Source of the DNA: Actinomycetota bacterium
GTDB lineage: Bacteria > Actinomycetota > Acidimicrobiia > Spongiisociales > UBA4744
Reading direction: 5' to 3'
NCBI GenBank assembly: GCA_013152275.1
Contig: JAADGS010000018.1
Coordinates: forward strand, 11,896-75,895
Length of the DNA stretch: 64,000 nt
The notes beneath the pieces are model-generated. The model made no database searches and had not been told where the DNA came from. It saw only the letters and a list, made by a program, of their open reading frames with translations. Numbering within the stretch: position 1 is the stretch's first letter; each line of letters opens with the position of its first letter. Of this stretch, positions 1 through 9,563 are shown in pieces. The translations under genes and the position numbers were made by a program.

Positions 1-3
1 CAC

Positions 4-56
4 TGAACCCAGGGCTCAGGGGGGTCGTGACGACGCATACGAGCCCTGGGTTCAAC
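4..56. repeat. REP-like nested palindromic element, copy A (TGAACCCAGGGCTC...GAGCCCTGGGTTCAAC with inner GTCGTGACGAC hairpin)
   Basis: Perfect ~14-16 bp terminal inverted repeats plus an inner 5-bp-stem palindrome. Highly similar copies at 7197-7248, 8002-8056, 20510-20563 and 20581-20634. Lies just downstream of the xylB 3' end. Confidence 0.8.
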
Positions 57-122
57 GAGATCGCGGTCGGTGGCGGTTTCTGGGACGCCGGTGCAGCGGG
101 AAGAGGTCCGTCCCCCGCGACG

Positions 123-1562
123 TCACAGCCCTCGGGTGTTGAGTTCGAGAGCGAGCGAACGGACGGTGCGGATCCGGTCGATGACCTCCTCATCGCGTGT
201 CGTCGCAGGCAGGACGACTCCCTTTCGTGTCTCCCATCGTCTCGCGACGGCATCGGGTGGTTCCGCGGTGAGTAGCGACGTCGCTTGGGCCGCGGCGCCC
301 AGTGCCACCAACTCCTGTGCGTCCGGCACCTGGACGGATCGGCCGCCGAGAGATCGTATGACGTTGCGCCATGTGGCTCCCCTGGCGCCACCACCGACGA
401 CGACGAGCGGCGCATCGGCACCGACCCCGGAAGATCGATCGTCGATCTCGTCGAGCGCGTCGAGCAACGAGAACACGGCGCCCTGATAGGCGGCCAGGAG
501 AATCTCCGACGGGTCGGTCGTATGTCGGAGACCGAATACCGACCCGGCGGCGTCTGGCAGATTCGGGGTTCGTTCTCCATCGAAGAACGGGAGGACGACG
601 ACGTCCGTGCGGGGTGCGACGGCTTCACGATCGAGCCCGAACCAGCCGGCGATCCGGTCGATCACGAGGGTGCAGTTCAGCGTGGCGGCGAGTGGCAGAA
701 AACGTCCCGTCGCGTCCGCGAAGCCGGCAACGGTGCCCGAAGGGTCCACCGTTCGAGACTCGGATGTGAGAAAGGCCGTTCCCGAAGTGCCGAGACTGAT
801 GACCGGCACACCCGACTCCAGACCCAGGCCCACTGCGGCCCCGGCGTTGTCGCCTGCACCGGGACCGACGGGTATGCCGGGGCGCAGACCGAGGTGTTCT
901 GCGGCGACACGCGTGACGTCACCGGCCCGCTCCTGCGGTCCGAGCACTGTCGGCAGCATGCCCGTGGTGAGTTGCAGGGCCGCCATGTCCAGGACTTCCT
1001 GCGAGTACGTTTCGGTCTTCGTCGACCACCAGGCGGTTCCCGAAGCGTCACTCCGATCGGTCACGCCGTTCCCGGTCAGTCGTTCCGTCAGGAAGTCGTG
1101 GGGGAGTCGGATGGCGTGCGCGGCCGCTGCAACGTCCGGCTCCACCCGTCGAAGCCACGCCCATTTCGTCGCAGTGAAGGAGGCAACCGGCACGATCCCG
1201 ACATGTTCGGCCCACCAACGGGCGCCGCCGGCACATTCGATGAGACCGGAGGCGTCAGGAGCGGATTGCGTGTCGTTCCAGAGCTTCGCAGCTCGCAGTG
1301 GGTTTCCGCTGCCGTCGAGGACGACCAACCCATGTTGTTGGCCTGCCACCGAGATCGCCGCCACCTCGGAAGCCAGACCCGTCTGAGCGAGCGCATCCTG
1401 GAGGGCGGTCCACCAGATCTCCGGATCGGTCTCTCGTGCCCCATCGGTTCCTGTGACCGTGTGCTCCGAGCGCCCGACCGCCGCAACGCGTCCTGTGTCG
1501 CTGTCGAGGAGCAGCGCCTTCGTGGATTGGGTCGAGCAGTCGATTCCGGCGACCAACGGCAT
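123..1562 (-). CDS. xylB: xylulokinase (FGGY carbohydrate kinase)
   Basis: 480-aa FGGY kinase fold starting MPLVAGIDCSTQSTKALL, with a GxGTSG-type region. AAGGAG SD upstream of the ATG at 1562. Divergent from xylA. The ORF-track extension to 1619 lacks an RBS. Confidence 0.85.
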   Translation of the reverse strand: MPLVAGIDCSTQSTKALLLDSDTGRVAAVGRSEHTVTGTDGARETDPEIWWTALQDALAQTGLASEVAAISVAGQQHGLVVLDGSGNPLRAAKLWNDTQSAPDASGLIECAGGARWWAEHVGIVPVASFTATKWAWLRRVEPDVAAAAHAIRLPHDFLTERLTGNGVTDRSDASGTAWWSTKTETYSQEVLDMAALQLTTGMLPTVLGPQERAGDVTRVAAEHLGLRPGIPVGPGAGDNAGAAVGLGLESGVPVISLGTSGTAFLTSESRTVDPSGTVAGFADATGRFLPLAATLNCTLVIDRIAGWFGLDREAVAPRTDVVVLPFFDGERTPNLPDAAGSVFGLRHTTDPSEILLAAYQGAVFSLLDALDEIDDRSSGVGADAPLVVVGGGARGATWRNVIRSLGGRSVQVPDAQELVALGAAAQATSLLTAEPPDAVARRWETRKGVVLPATTRDEEVIDRIRTVRSLALELNTRGL

Positions 1563-1592
1563 GAAGGTGCTCCTTTCGGATGAATCGTAGAC

Positions 1593-1634
1593 GTGTGACG
1601 TTCGGCCGGTCATGCCCATGCCGGGTCGTCACAC
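1593..1634. promoter_or_regulatory. Candidate operator palindrome in xylB/xylA divergent promoter (GTGTGACG-N26-CGTCACAC)
   Basis: Perfect 8-bp inverted repeat with a partially palindromic interior (CGGCCGGTCATG / CATGCCGGGTCG). Centred in the 130-bp divergent intergenic region. Confidence 0.4.
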
Positions 1635-1692
1635 AAGGAGAGCGGACAAGAGCGTAGGCTGACACTTACCCGCATCGAGAAGGAAGAAGTGG

Positions 1693-2856
1693 ATGAGTAA
1701 CTACACCCCCCGCCCCGAGCACAAGTTCACTTTCGGCCTGTGGACCGTGGGTAATACCGGCCGGGATCCGTTCGGCGAGGCAACCAGGCCCCCACTCGAT
1801 CCGGTCGACTCCGTTCACCGCCTGGCAGACCTGGGCGCGTACGGGGTGAGCCTCCACGACAACGACCTCGTTCCTTTCGGTGCTACGCCTGCGGAGCGAG
1901 AGTCCGCCGTCAAACGATTCCGGAAGGCGCTCGACGAGACCGGCATGAAAGTGACGATGTCGACGACGAACCTCTTCGGCCATCCGGCCTTCAAGGACGG
2001 CGCCTTCACCTCCAACGATCGGGGGGTTCGACGGTTCGCGATCGCCAAGACCATGCGGGCCATCGACCTTGGCGCGGAGCTCGGTGCCGGGATCCACGTG
2101 TTCTGGGGTGGCCGCGAAGGCTCGGAGTCGATGGCGGCCAAGCCTGCCGACACGGCACTCGACCGCTACCGGGAGGCCATGAACTTCCTCGCCGACTATG
2201 TGATCGACAACGGCTACCCGACTCGCTTTGCGCTCGAACCGAAGCCCAACGAGCCGCGCGGTGACATGTTCCTGCCGACTGTCGGGCACGCGCTCGCCTT
2301 CATCGAGACGCTCGACCATCCCGAGATGGTCGGCGTCAACCCGGAAGTGGCCCACGAGACGATGTCCGGTCTGAGCTTCTACCACGCGGTCGCGCAGGCG
2401 ATCTGGTCGGGCAAGCTGTTCCACATCGACCTCAACGCGCAGAAGATCGGTCGATTCGATCAGGACCTCCGCTTTGGTTCCGAAGGCATCAAGGACACGT
2501 TCTTCGTCGTCAAGCTTCTCGAAGAATCGGGCTACGGCGGTCCGAAGCACTTCGACGCACACGCGTATCGTGTGGAGGACGGCGACGGAGTCTGGGAGTT
2601 CGCCGCCGGCTGTATGAGGACGTACCTGATGCTCGCCGAGAAGGCCGGTCGCTTCGCCGAAGACCCGGAGATTCAGGCTGCGCTCGCAGCCGCGAGCGTG
2701 CCCGAGCTTGCCGAGGAGACGGCCGGCGGATACTCTCGGACATCTGCCGACGCACTGCTCGCCGAGACGTTCGACCCTGATGCACTGGCTCGGCGCGGGT
2801 ACCACAACGAGCGGCTCGACCAACTCGTCATGGAACTCATCATGGGCATCCGCTGA
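1693..2856 (+). CDS. xylA: xylose isomerase (class I, actinobacterial type)
   Basis: 387 aa. Hallmark N-terminus [15 protein letters not shown], the [11 protein letters not shown] metal-binding region, and HIDLN. GAAGGAAG SD upstream. Confidence 0.95.
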   Translation: MSNYTPRPEHKFTFGLWTVGNTGRDPFGEATRPPLDPVDSVHRLADLGAYGVSLHDNDLVPFGATPAERESAVKRFRKALDETGMKVTMSTTNLFGHPAFKDGAFTSNDRGVRRFAIAKTMRAIDLGAELGAGIHVFWGGREGSESMAAKPADTALDRYREAMNFLADYVIDNGYPTRFALEPKPNEPRGDMFLPTVGHALAFIETLDHPEMVGVNPEVAHETMSGLSFYHAVAQAIWSGKLFHIDLNAQKIGRFDQDLRFGSEGIKDTFFVVKLLEESGYGGPKHFDAHAYRVEDGDGVWEFAAGCMRTYLMLAEKAGRFAEDPEIQAALAAASVPELAEETAGGYSRTSADALLAETFDPDALARRGYHNERLDQLVMELIMGIR

Positions 2857-3040
2857 GGGCTGTCTTCCCTGGAGGACTAGGATCACCGAGTCGAATTCTG
2901 GCCGCATCTACGCATGAGCCAGGCGCAAGGGAACCAGGGTTCCAAACGGGCGGGTTCTACGACCCGCCGTAAACGGACGGGTCTCGTAACACGTCGAAAC
3001 AGGCGGGTTCGTGATACGTCAAAACAGGAAGGAAACAAGT

Positions 3041-4207
3041 ATGGGACCATTTAGAGGAAAACGATGGATTCTCATCGTCGCGGTTCTCGCAATGGTTGCC
3101 GCTGCGTGCAGCAGCGGTTCAAGCGGAACGACGGCGACCACCACGGCGGCCACCACGGCGGCCACGACGGCCACGACGACGGCCACGACGGCGGCCACGG
3201 TCGAAGAAGGCAGCATTTGGGTGCTGCTCCCTGATAGCGCGTCCTCCTCCCGTTGGGAGACGGACGATCGCCGCTACTTCAAGGCAGCGTTCGAAGACGC
3301 AGGTGTCAAGTACAAGATCGTCAACGCACAGGGCGACCCGTCCCAGCAGCAGCAGCAGGCCGAGCAGGCCATCGCTGCCGGAGCGAAGGTGATCCTGCTG
3401 GTGAATCTCGACTCGGGATCCGGTGCGGCGATTATCGCCGAAGCTCGTGCAGCCGGCGTGTCGATGATCGACTACGACCGGCTGACCATCGAAGGTCCGG
3501 GCGCCGATGTGTACGTCAGCTTCGACAATGTCAAGGTCGGCGCGACGATGGCGGAGATTCTCGAACCTGCCATCGATGCTCTCGGTCTGGCGAAGCCGCG
3601 CATTGTCATGCTCAACGGTGCACCGACCGACAACAACGCGACGCTGTTCCGTCAGGGCTACTACGAGACGGCCGTGAAACCGCGTGTCGCCGCCGGCGAC
3701 TGGGTGCTCGTTGCCGATCAGGCAGTGCCGAACTGGGACAACCAGGAAGCGTTGACGATCTTCGAGCAGATCCTCGTGGCGGCCAATAACGGGGTCGACG
3801 CGGTCTTTGCCGCCAACGACGGTCTGGCCAACTCGGTGATCACGGCCCTCAAGTCCGCTGGGATCGGCCCGATGCCGGTCAGTGGGCAGGATGCCACGGC
3901 CGCCGGGCTGCAGAACATCCTCTCCGGATGGCAGACGATGACGGTGTACAAGCCGATCAAAGCCGAGGCCAATGCCGCCGCAGGCGCGGCCATTGCGCTG
4001 CTGAAAGGCGAGCCGCTGGACGGCGTCAAGGGCGATTTCACTCTGACGACGATCAACAACGGGACGAACGATCTTCCGTTCATGGCGCTGACGCCGGTTG
4101 GCGTCACCAAGGACAACATCAAGGAGACGGTCATCGCAGACGGCTTCCGTACCTGGGACGAGATCTGCGTCGGTGAGTTCGAGCAGTACTGCCCGGCAGA
4201 CCGCTAG
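3041..4207 (+). CDS. xylF: sugar (xylose-type) ABC transporter substrate-binding lipoprotein, PBP1 family
   Basis: Signal peptide plus lipobox (VAAACSSG) and a Thr/Ala-rich linker. Periplasmic sugar-binding fold. GGAAGG SD. Sits upstream of the ABC ATPase and permease genes. Confidence 0.8.
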   Translation: MGPFRGKRWILIVAVLAMVAAACSSGSSGTTATTTAATTAATTATTTATTAATVEEGSIWVLLPDSASSSRWETDDRRYFKAAFEDAGVKYKIVNAQGDPSQQQQQAEQAIAAGAKVILLVNLDSGSGAAIIAEARAAGVSMIDYDRLTIEGPGADVYVSFDNVKVGATMAEILEPAIDALGLAKPRIVMLNGAPTDNNATLFRQGYYETAVKPRVAAGDWVLVADQAVPNWDNQEALTIFEQILVAANNGVDAVFAANDGLANSVITALKSAGIGPMPVSGQDATAAGLQNILSGWQTMTVYKPIKAEANAAAGAAIALLKGEPLDGVKGDFTLTTINNGTNDLPFMALTPVGVTKDNIKETVIADGFRTWDEICVGEFEQYCPADR

Positions 4208-4230
4208 ACGAATCGACGAGACACGATGAT

Positions 4231-4275
4231 GAGGCCTCGGCGGTGCGCGTACTACGCTCCCCGCCGAGGCCTTGT
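4231..4275 (+). terminator. Hairpin between xylF and ATPase gene (AGGCCTCGGCGG-N18-CCGCCGAGGCCT), attenuator/terminator candidate
   Basis: Perfect 12-bp GC-rich inverted repeat directly after the xylF stop, followed by TTGTCGCG. Confidence 0.5.
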
Positions 4276-4298
4276 CGCGATAGGAGTTACCCGAGATC

Positions 4299-5066
4299 AT
4301 GACTGATTCGCCCATCTTGGAGTGCAGGGGAGTCTCCAAGCATTACGGTGCCGTCCAGGCCCTGTACAAAGTCGATTTCGAGGTCCGAGCCGGTGAGGTC
4401 ATGGCGCTCGTGGGCGACAACGGCGCCGGAAAGTCGACCCTGATCAAGGGCATCGCCGGGATCTTCCCCTTCGACGAGGGCGAGGTTCGCTTCGAAGGTG
4501 AGAAGGTCGACATCACAGGTCCGCGGGACGCGGCAGCTCTCGGAATCGAAGTGGTGTATCAGGATCTCGCTCTGGCCGACAACCTCGACGTCGTCGCCAA
4601 CATGTTCCTGGGTAGAGAGCGGGTGCAGAAAGGGCTCATACTCGACGAGGCGAGCATGGAGCGTTCCGCAGAGGAGACGCTCGCCAGTCTCTCGGTCACG
4701 TCTCTCCGCCGGGTCCGTCAGGTGGTTGCCGGGTTGTCCGGTGGTCAGCGACAGTCGGTGGCGGTCGCGAAGGCGGTGATGTGGAACAGCAAGGCCGTGA
4801 TCCTCGACGAGCCAACGGCAGCGCTCGGGGTCGCGCAGACCCGACAGGTCCTCGACCTGGTGCGCAGGCTCGCCGATCGTGGCCTGGGTGTTGTGCTGAT
4901 TTCGCACAACCTTCTCGATGTGTTCGAGGCTGCCGATCGGATCACCGTGCTTCGTCTCGGCCAGCAGGTCGGCGTATACGAACGATCCGAAACGACGCAG
5001 GAAGAGATCGTCTTTGCCATCACTGCCGGATCCGTGAATCAGGTGGCCGAGGAGCAGGTCTCATGA
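4299..5066 (+). CDS. xylG: sugar ABC transporter ATP-binding protein (single NBD)
   Basis: Walker A GDNGAGKST, ABC signature LSGGQRQ, Walker B ILDEPTAAL. Confidence 0.9.
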   Translation: MTDSPILECRGVSKHYGAVQALYKVDFEVRAGEVMALVGDNGAGKSTLIKGIAGIFPFDEGEVRFEGEKVDITGPRDAAALGIEVVYQDLALADNLDVVANMFLGRERVQKGLILDEASMERSAEETLASLSVTSLRRVRQVVAGLSGGQRQSVAVAKAVMWNSKAVILDEPTAALGVAQTRQVLDLVRRLADRGLGVVLISHNLLDVFEAADRITVLRLGQQVGVYERSETTQEEIVFAITAGSVNQVAEEQVS

Positions 5067-6316
5067 GCGCCGGCGAGCCCGCAGACCGGGTCACCTCCAA
5101 TACGGGCACGGGGATGGTGCAAACAACCTTCACCGAATATGCGGCGTCGTGGTGGTCGAACGTGCGCAGTGGCGAGTTGGGATCCCTGCCGATCATCGTG
5201 GGGCTCGGCGTCATCGTCGGCATCTTCGGGAGTCTCGACAGTACGTTCTTCGCCGCGCGGAACTTCACCAACCTTCTCCTTCAGATGGCCGGGCTCGCGG
5301 TGATCGCCATCGGCGCGGTCTTCATCCTGCTCCTCGCCGAGATCGACCTCGCGGTCGCCTACGTGAGCGCCGTCGGCGGTGTCGTGATGACGATGCTGCT
5401 CCGACCCGGCGATCCGGGCTGGCCCTGGTGGCTCGCCATCGGTGTGGCGCTCGCCGCCACGACGCTCATCGGCATGATTCATGCGCTGATCGTGACGAAG
5501 GCCGGCGTGCCGTCGTTCGTCGTGACGCTGGCCGGGTATCTGACCTGGTCCGGTGTCGTCCTCATACTGACCACCACGTACTCCACGGCGGGTACGATTC
5601 TCATCCAGGAGCCGGTTGCCGTCGGCATTGCCGGCAACTTCCTCAGCCATCTTTGGGGATGGATCCTGGCGGGAGTCGCGATTGTCGGGTATCTGTACCT
5701 CGAACTGTCCAAGGCGAGGACGCGCAGTCGTCGTGGTCTTCTTCGGAAACCGATGGCGATGATCGCCCTGCAAGTCGCCGTGGTCGCGGTCGGCAGTCTT
5801 GGTGCCGTGTACTACGCAAACCAGGACCGCGGCGTGCCGATGGCGACGCTCATCCTGTTGATTGCTCTGGTGTTCTGGACGTTCGTCACGAACCGCACCC
5901 GTTTCGGACGTCACATCTACGCCGTTGGAGGCAACCCGGAGGCGGCTCGACGGGCCGGCATCAACGTCGACAGAGTTCGGATTGCGGTCTTCATGATCGG
6001 TGGACTCATGGCCGGTGTAGGTGGCATCATCCTCGCATCCCGACTTCGCTCCGTGGCCACGAATACGGGCGGTGGGAGCCTGCTGCTCAACGTGATTGCC
6101 GCAGCCGTCATCGGCGGCACGAGCCTGTTCGGTGGGAAAGGCCGGGTCGTGGACGCCCTTCTGGGCGCGGCGGTGATCGTGTCGGTGAACAACGGCATGA
6201 ACATGCTCGGGTTTGCTGCCGGAACGAAGTTCGTGATCACCGGCCTCGTTCTGCTCGCGGCCGTGCTCGTGGACGCACTGTCCAAGAAGGGTCGTGCTTC
6301 TCGCGGTATGGCGTGA
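5063..6316 (+). CDS. xylH: sugar ABC transporter permease
   Basis: ATGA start/stop overlap with the ATPase gene. Multi-TM protein with the branched-chain/sugar permease motif (VGGNPEAARRAGINV). The ORF-track N-extension to 4781 overlaps the ATPase gene and is rejected. Confidence 0.85.
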   Translation: MSAGEPADRVTSNTGTGMVQTTFTEYAASWWSNVRSGELGSLPIIVGLGVIVGIFGSLDSTFFAARNFTNLLLQMAGLAVIAIGAVFILLLAEIDLAVAYVSAVGGVVMTMLLRPGDPGWPWWLAIGVALAATTLIGMIHALIVTKAGVPSFVVTLAGYLTWSGVVLILTTTYSTAGTILIQEPVAVGIAGNFLSHLWGWILAGVAIVGYLYLELSKARTRSRRGLLRKPMAMIALQVAVVAVGSLGAVYYANQDRGVPMATLILLIALVFWTFVTNRTRFGRHIYAVGGNPEAARRAGINVDRVRIAVFMIGGLMAGVGGIILASRLRSVATNTGGGSLLLNVIAAAVIGGTSLFGGKGRVVDALLGAAVIVSVNNGMNMLGFAAGTKFVITGLVLLAAVLVDALSKKGRASRGMA

Positions 6317-6434
6317 TGGCCCGGCCGGCGGGTCGGCGCCGAGTGCCTCCCGGAACGGGATGCCGTTCATGGATCGGGCGCGCACTTTGGCCACAACGGA
6401 AAGAGACGGCCGTTTCCGACAACATGGAGGCATC

Positions 6435-7157
6435 ATGAACGACATCACCGGTACGGTCGCTGCGATCACAGGAGCGACGTCGGGTGTCGGCGCTGCAACG
6501 GCGAGAGCTCTGGTCGCGCAAGGTGCACGTGTTGCGATCGGCGCCAGACGCCGTGAGCGACTCGATGCCCTCGTCACCGAACTCGGAGTGGGGAACGCAG
6601 TCGCCGTCGAGATGGATGTGCGCGACCCTGAGGGTTCCCACCGGCTCGTCGAAGCTGCCGTCGAGGAATACGGGCGTCTCGACGCCCTGGTCGCGAGCGC
6701 CGGAATCGGGGCGTACGGCGGGATCATGGATCTCACCGACGAGCAGCTCCAGGAGATGATGGACACAAACGTTGCGGGGACCGTGTGGGCGATTCGGGCA
6801 GCGGTCCCGGCGCTCCTCGAGGCCGGGGGCGGCGATATCGTCACCGTCTCTTCCGTCGCAGGGCTGCGCGGCGCCGGGGACGAAGCGGTGTATGCGGCAA
6901 CGAAGTTTGCCCAGGTGGGTCTCGCCGGAGGCCTCGACAGAGAGCTGCGCGCAAAGGGCATCAGGGTGAGCACCATCTGCCCGGGAGGTATCGCAACCGA
7001 GTTCGCGATGGGTGCCGGACGTACGCCGGACATGCCCGGCCTGGCCGACATGCTGCGTGCCGAGGATGTCGCGGAAGCCATCGTGACGGTGCTGCGCCAG
7101 CCAAAGACCATGCGGACGCTGGTGTGGTCGATGCGCAGCATCCATGAGGACGACTGA
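6435..7157 (+). CDS. short-chain dehydrogenase/reductase (SDR)
   Basis: TGATSGVG cofactor motif, catalytic YAATK, GGAGG SD before the ATG at 6435. Confidence 0.85.
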   Translation: MNDITGTVAAITGATSGVGAATARALVAQGARVAIGARRRERLDALVTELGVGNAVAVEMDVRDPEGSHRLVEAAVEEYGRLDALVASAGIGAYGGIMDLTDEQLQEMMDTNVAGTVWAIRAAVPALLEAGGGDIVTVSSVAGLRGAGDEAVYAATKFAQVGLAGGLDRELRAKGIRVSTICPGGIATEFAMGAGRTPDMPGLADMLRAEDVAEAIVTVLRQPKTMRTLVWSMRSIHEDD

Positions 7158-7196
7158 TTCGGGGTCTGCAGATAGGCCAAGAGGGCCCATACCTGC

Positions 7197-7248
7197 GAAC
7201 CCTGGGTTCGTAGGGGTCGTGGCGACCCCCCTGAGCCCAGGGTTCAAC
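7197..7248. repeat. REP-like palindromic element, copy B (inverted relative to copy C)
   Basis: GAACCCTGGGTTCGTAGGGGTCGTGGCGACCCCCCTGAGCCCAGGGTTCAAC. Essentially the reverse complement of copy C. Confidence 0.8.
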
Positions 7249-7251
7249 GTT

Positions 7252-7935
7252 TTAGCGGGTTCGGAGGTCTTTTGGCAGGTGTTCTCTGTCGTTGAAGGTG
7301 CGGAGCGAGAAGACGTGCCCACCGGCGAGATTGATTGCCCGGAGGCGTGCGATCGAGGCGTGATACAGGATGAATCGTTCCCACTCCCACGGGGTCGGGT
7401 CTGCGCCGAGGAGGAATCCGAGCGCCACCGCATTCGTGCCGCCATGTGCCACGATCACGACCCTTCCGGGCTCACCGGAGAAACGCCAGAGGTGTCGGTG
7501 CGCCGGCTCGGGTCGAATCCCGCGCTCGTCGAGAATGCGGAGCAGCGCGTTCGTGACCCGCTCGTGAAAGTCCCGGAAGCTCTCGCCACCTTCGATGCCG
7601 TTCCACCACTCTTCGGGGGAACGGTCACGACCCTCGGTGAAGATACGCTGCACGGTCGCCTCGAGCATGCCGGACCAATCCGGCATGTGGATCTCGACCA
7701 GGTCGGGGATCGTCACCGGTTCGATACCGGTCAACGCGGCGAGGGGCTCGGCAGTCTCCTGGGATCGGATGGCCGGTGAGACGAGGATTTCGCGAACCGG
7801 CCGTTCCTCGGCGGCGAGGCGCTCTGCAGTGAGCAACGCCTGGCGCCTTCCGAGTTCGGTCAAGTGGGGGTCGATCTGGGACACGCCATCGACCGCCCAC
7901 CTCGGTTGGCCGTGTCGTATGAAGACCAGTTCCAT
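7252..7935 (-). CDS. histidine phosphatase family protein (phosphoglycerate-mutase-like)
   Basis: MELVFIRHGQP (RHG catalytic motif) and a PGM-like fold. The ORF-track N-extension (MNPGFVGVVATPLSPGFN) is a translation of the REP element and is not real. Confidence 0.8.
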   Translation of the reverse strand: MELVFIRHGQPRWAVDGVSQIDPHLTELGRRQALLTAERLAAEERPVREILVSPAIRSQETAEPLAALTGIEPVTIPDLVEIHMPDWSGMLEATVQRIFTEGRDRSPEEWWNGIEGGESFRDFHERVTNALLRILDERGIRPEPAHRHLWRFSGEPGRVVIVAHGGTNAVALGFLLGADPTPWEWERFILYHASIARLRAINLAGGHVFSLRTFNDREHLPKDLRTR

Positions 7936-8001
7936 CGGCGGGAGGTTAGGCCCAAGTTCGTGTTTCGACGTACCGTATCCCGGCTCGAGACCGCTGCTGC
8001 G

Positions 8002-8056
8002 GTTGAACCCAGGGCTCAGGGGGGTCGCCACGACCCCTACGAACCCTGGGTTCAAC
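8002..8056. repeat. REP-like palindromic element, copy C
   Basis: GTTGAACCCAGGGCTCAGGGGGGTCGCCACGACCCCTACGAACCCTGGGTTCAAC. Confidence 0.8.
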
Positions 8057-8071
8057 GGTTTGGGGGGTGCT

Positions 8072-8533
8072 TCAGCCGATCAGGTAGGTGCCCGTCCCGA
8101 CGGCGATCAGGTCGCCGGAGTCGTTGCGCAACTCCATCCGGGTGACGGCCACCTTGTTCCCCGCCCTGAGCGTGTACGCGGTCGCCTCGAACCTCGCGCC
8201 CACTCCTGGCCGAAGATAGTCGACACGCATATCGATCGTGCCGAGATGGGCGAAGCGCTCGGCCATGGTGGACGTATGGTTGCCGACCGCCGCGCTGATC
8301 GCAGACATCCCTCCGGCCACATCGAGGGTGGCCGAGATGACTCCGCCGTGGAGGCTGCCACGTGCGAAATTCCCGATGAGATCATCCCGCATCTCGAAGG
8401 TGAGGGTCGTACGATTCGGTCCCAGATCACCGAGCTGCAGGCCGAGCACCCGGTTGAACGGGATTTGGGCCTCGACGGCCCTCGTCAGATTGGCGAGATC
8501 GTTGGAGTCGTTCATGTAGGCGATTGTATGCAC
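8072..8533 (-). CDS. hotdog-fold thioesterase (PaaI/YbgC-like)
   Basis: The HGGV motif and overall length are typical of PaaI-type thioesterases. Start is uncertain: GTG at 8533 or ATG at 8515. Confidence 0.65.
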   Translation of the reverse strand: MHTIAYMNDSNDLANLTRAVEAQIPFNRVLGLQLGDLGPNRTTLTFEMRDDLIGNFARGSLHGGVISATLDVAGGMSAISAAVGNHTSTMAERFAHLGTIDMRVDYLRPGVGARFEATAYTLRAGNKVAVTRMELRNDSGDLIAVGTGTYLIG

Positions 8534-8554
8534 GGTTCGGGCCGGCCCGGCGCC

Positions 8555-8660
8555 GGGCCAGATTCAGCCCGGACCGGGGCCAGATTCAGCCCGGACCGGG
8601 GACGGACCCAGCCCAGATCCACGCCGGATTCGGCCCAGATCCGGGCCAGGCCCACGAGAA
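8555..8660. repeat. Tandem ~23-bp direct repeats (GGCCAGATTCAGCCCGGACCGGG x2, then CCCAGATCC-type variants)
   Basis: Direct repeats seen in the intergenic region between the thioesterase start and the HAD hydrolase 3' end. Confidence 0.7.
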
Positions 8661-8768
8661 GGAACCGACTCCGCCACGGTCGGGGCCGGCCGGCGTTCGC
8701 TTGCAGGAACGTCGCCTGGCGCAGGGCACCCGGCGGGGCGGTATCAGCTCGTTCGGTCCCGGGAGGGC

Positions 8769-9563
8769 TCAGCCGACGCGTCGGCGCAGACGAAGCATCC
8801 AGAACAGCGCGGCGCCGCCCACCGCCCCGGCGAGTGCGGCACCCGACACGACGGGCGTGGGACGGGGCAGGGACGCCAGACGTGTGCGGATCGTCACCGG
8901 CCGCTCGAAGCGCAGGATCTCCCACCCCCGCTCCTCTGCAACCTTGGCGAGTTCCTTGTCCGGGTTGACCGCCACGGGGTGCCCCACCGCTTCCAACATC
9001 GGAATGTCGGTGTGGGAGTCCGAATAGGCGAAGGACTCCTCGAGTGAGATGCCTTCGCGTTCGGCAAACTTCTCGATCGCCTCCGCCTTGCCCTGACCGT
9101 AGGCGTAGAACTCGATCTCGCCCGTGTACCGGCCGTGGTTGTCGACCGCGGCTCTCGTCGCGATGATCCGATCGACACGGAGATGGGAGGCAAGTGGCTC
9201 CACGATCTCCTCTGCGCTCGATGAGACGATCACGACCAGTCTTCCGGCCTGAAGGTGCTCGTCGATGATTACGAGCGCTTCGGCGAACACGAGTGGTGCC
9301 ACGACCTCGTCGACCGTCTCTCTGGCGATATTGCGTAGCTGTTGTTGATCCCACCCCTTGATGATCGCCATCATCTCTCCCCGGGCCCGCTCCATCTGGT
9401 CGTGGTCTGCTCCGAACATGCGGTACGAGATCTGCGCGAGCCCGGCCTTGAGGAGGGCGCGACGATTCAGCAGGCCCGCCTTGTAGAGGGGGCGGCCGAA
9501 GGCGAGCGTCGACGACTTGGCGATGATCGTCTTGTCGAGGTCGAAGAAGGCGGCTGCGGTCAC
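8769..9563 (-). CDS. HAD-IB family hydrolase (SerB-like), C-terminal TM anchor
   Basis: FFDLDKTII (DxD HAD motif I). C-terminal hydrophobic tail plus RRR. Positioned like Mtb Rv3661 next to the tad locus. Confidence 0.8.
   Translation of the reverse strand: MTAAAFFDLDKTIIAKSSTLAFGRPLYKAGLLNRRALLKAGLAQISYRMFGADHDQMERARGEMMAIIKGWDQQQLRNIARETVDEVVAPLVFAEALVIIDEHLQAGRLVVIVSSSAEEIVEPLASHLRVDRIIATRAAVDNHGRYTGEIEFYAYGQGKAEAIEKFAEREGISLEESFAYSDSHTDIPMLEAVGHPVAVNPDKELAKVAEERGWEILRFERPVTIRTRLASLPRPTPVVSGAALAGAVGGAALFWMLRLRRRVG

Noticed and set aside
27-486. Two plus-strand ORFs (27..275, 70..486) at window start
   Set aside because: They overlap the REP element and the 3' end of xylB on the opposite strand. 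No support.
5039-7180. 713-aa minus-strand ORF spanning xylH, SDR
   Set aside because: It lies antisense to well-supported genes. Arg/Pro/Ala-rich composition is typical of a wrong-frame high-GC ORF. No motifs.
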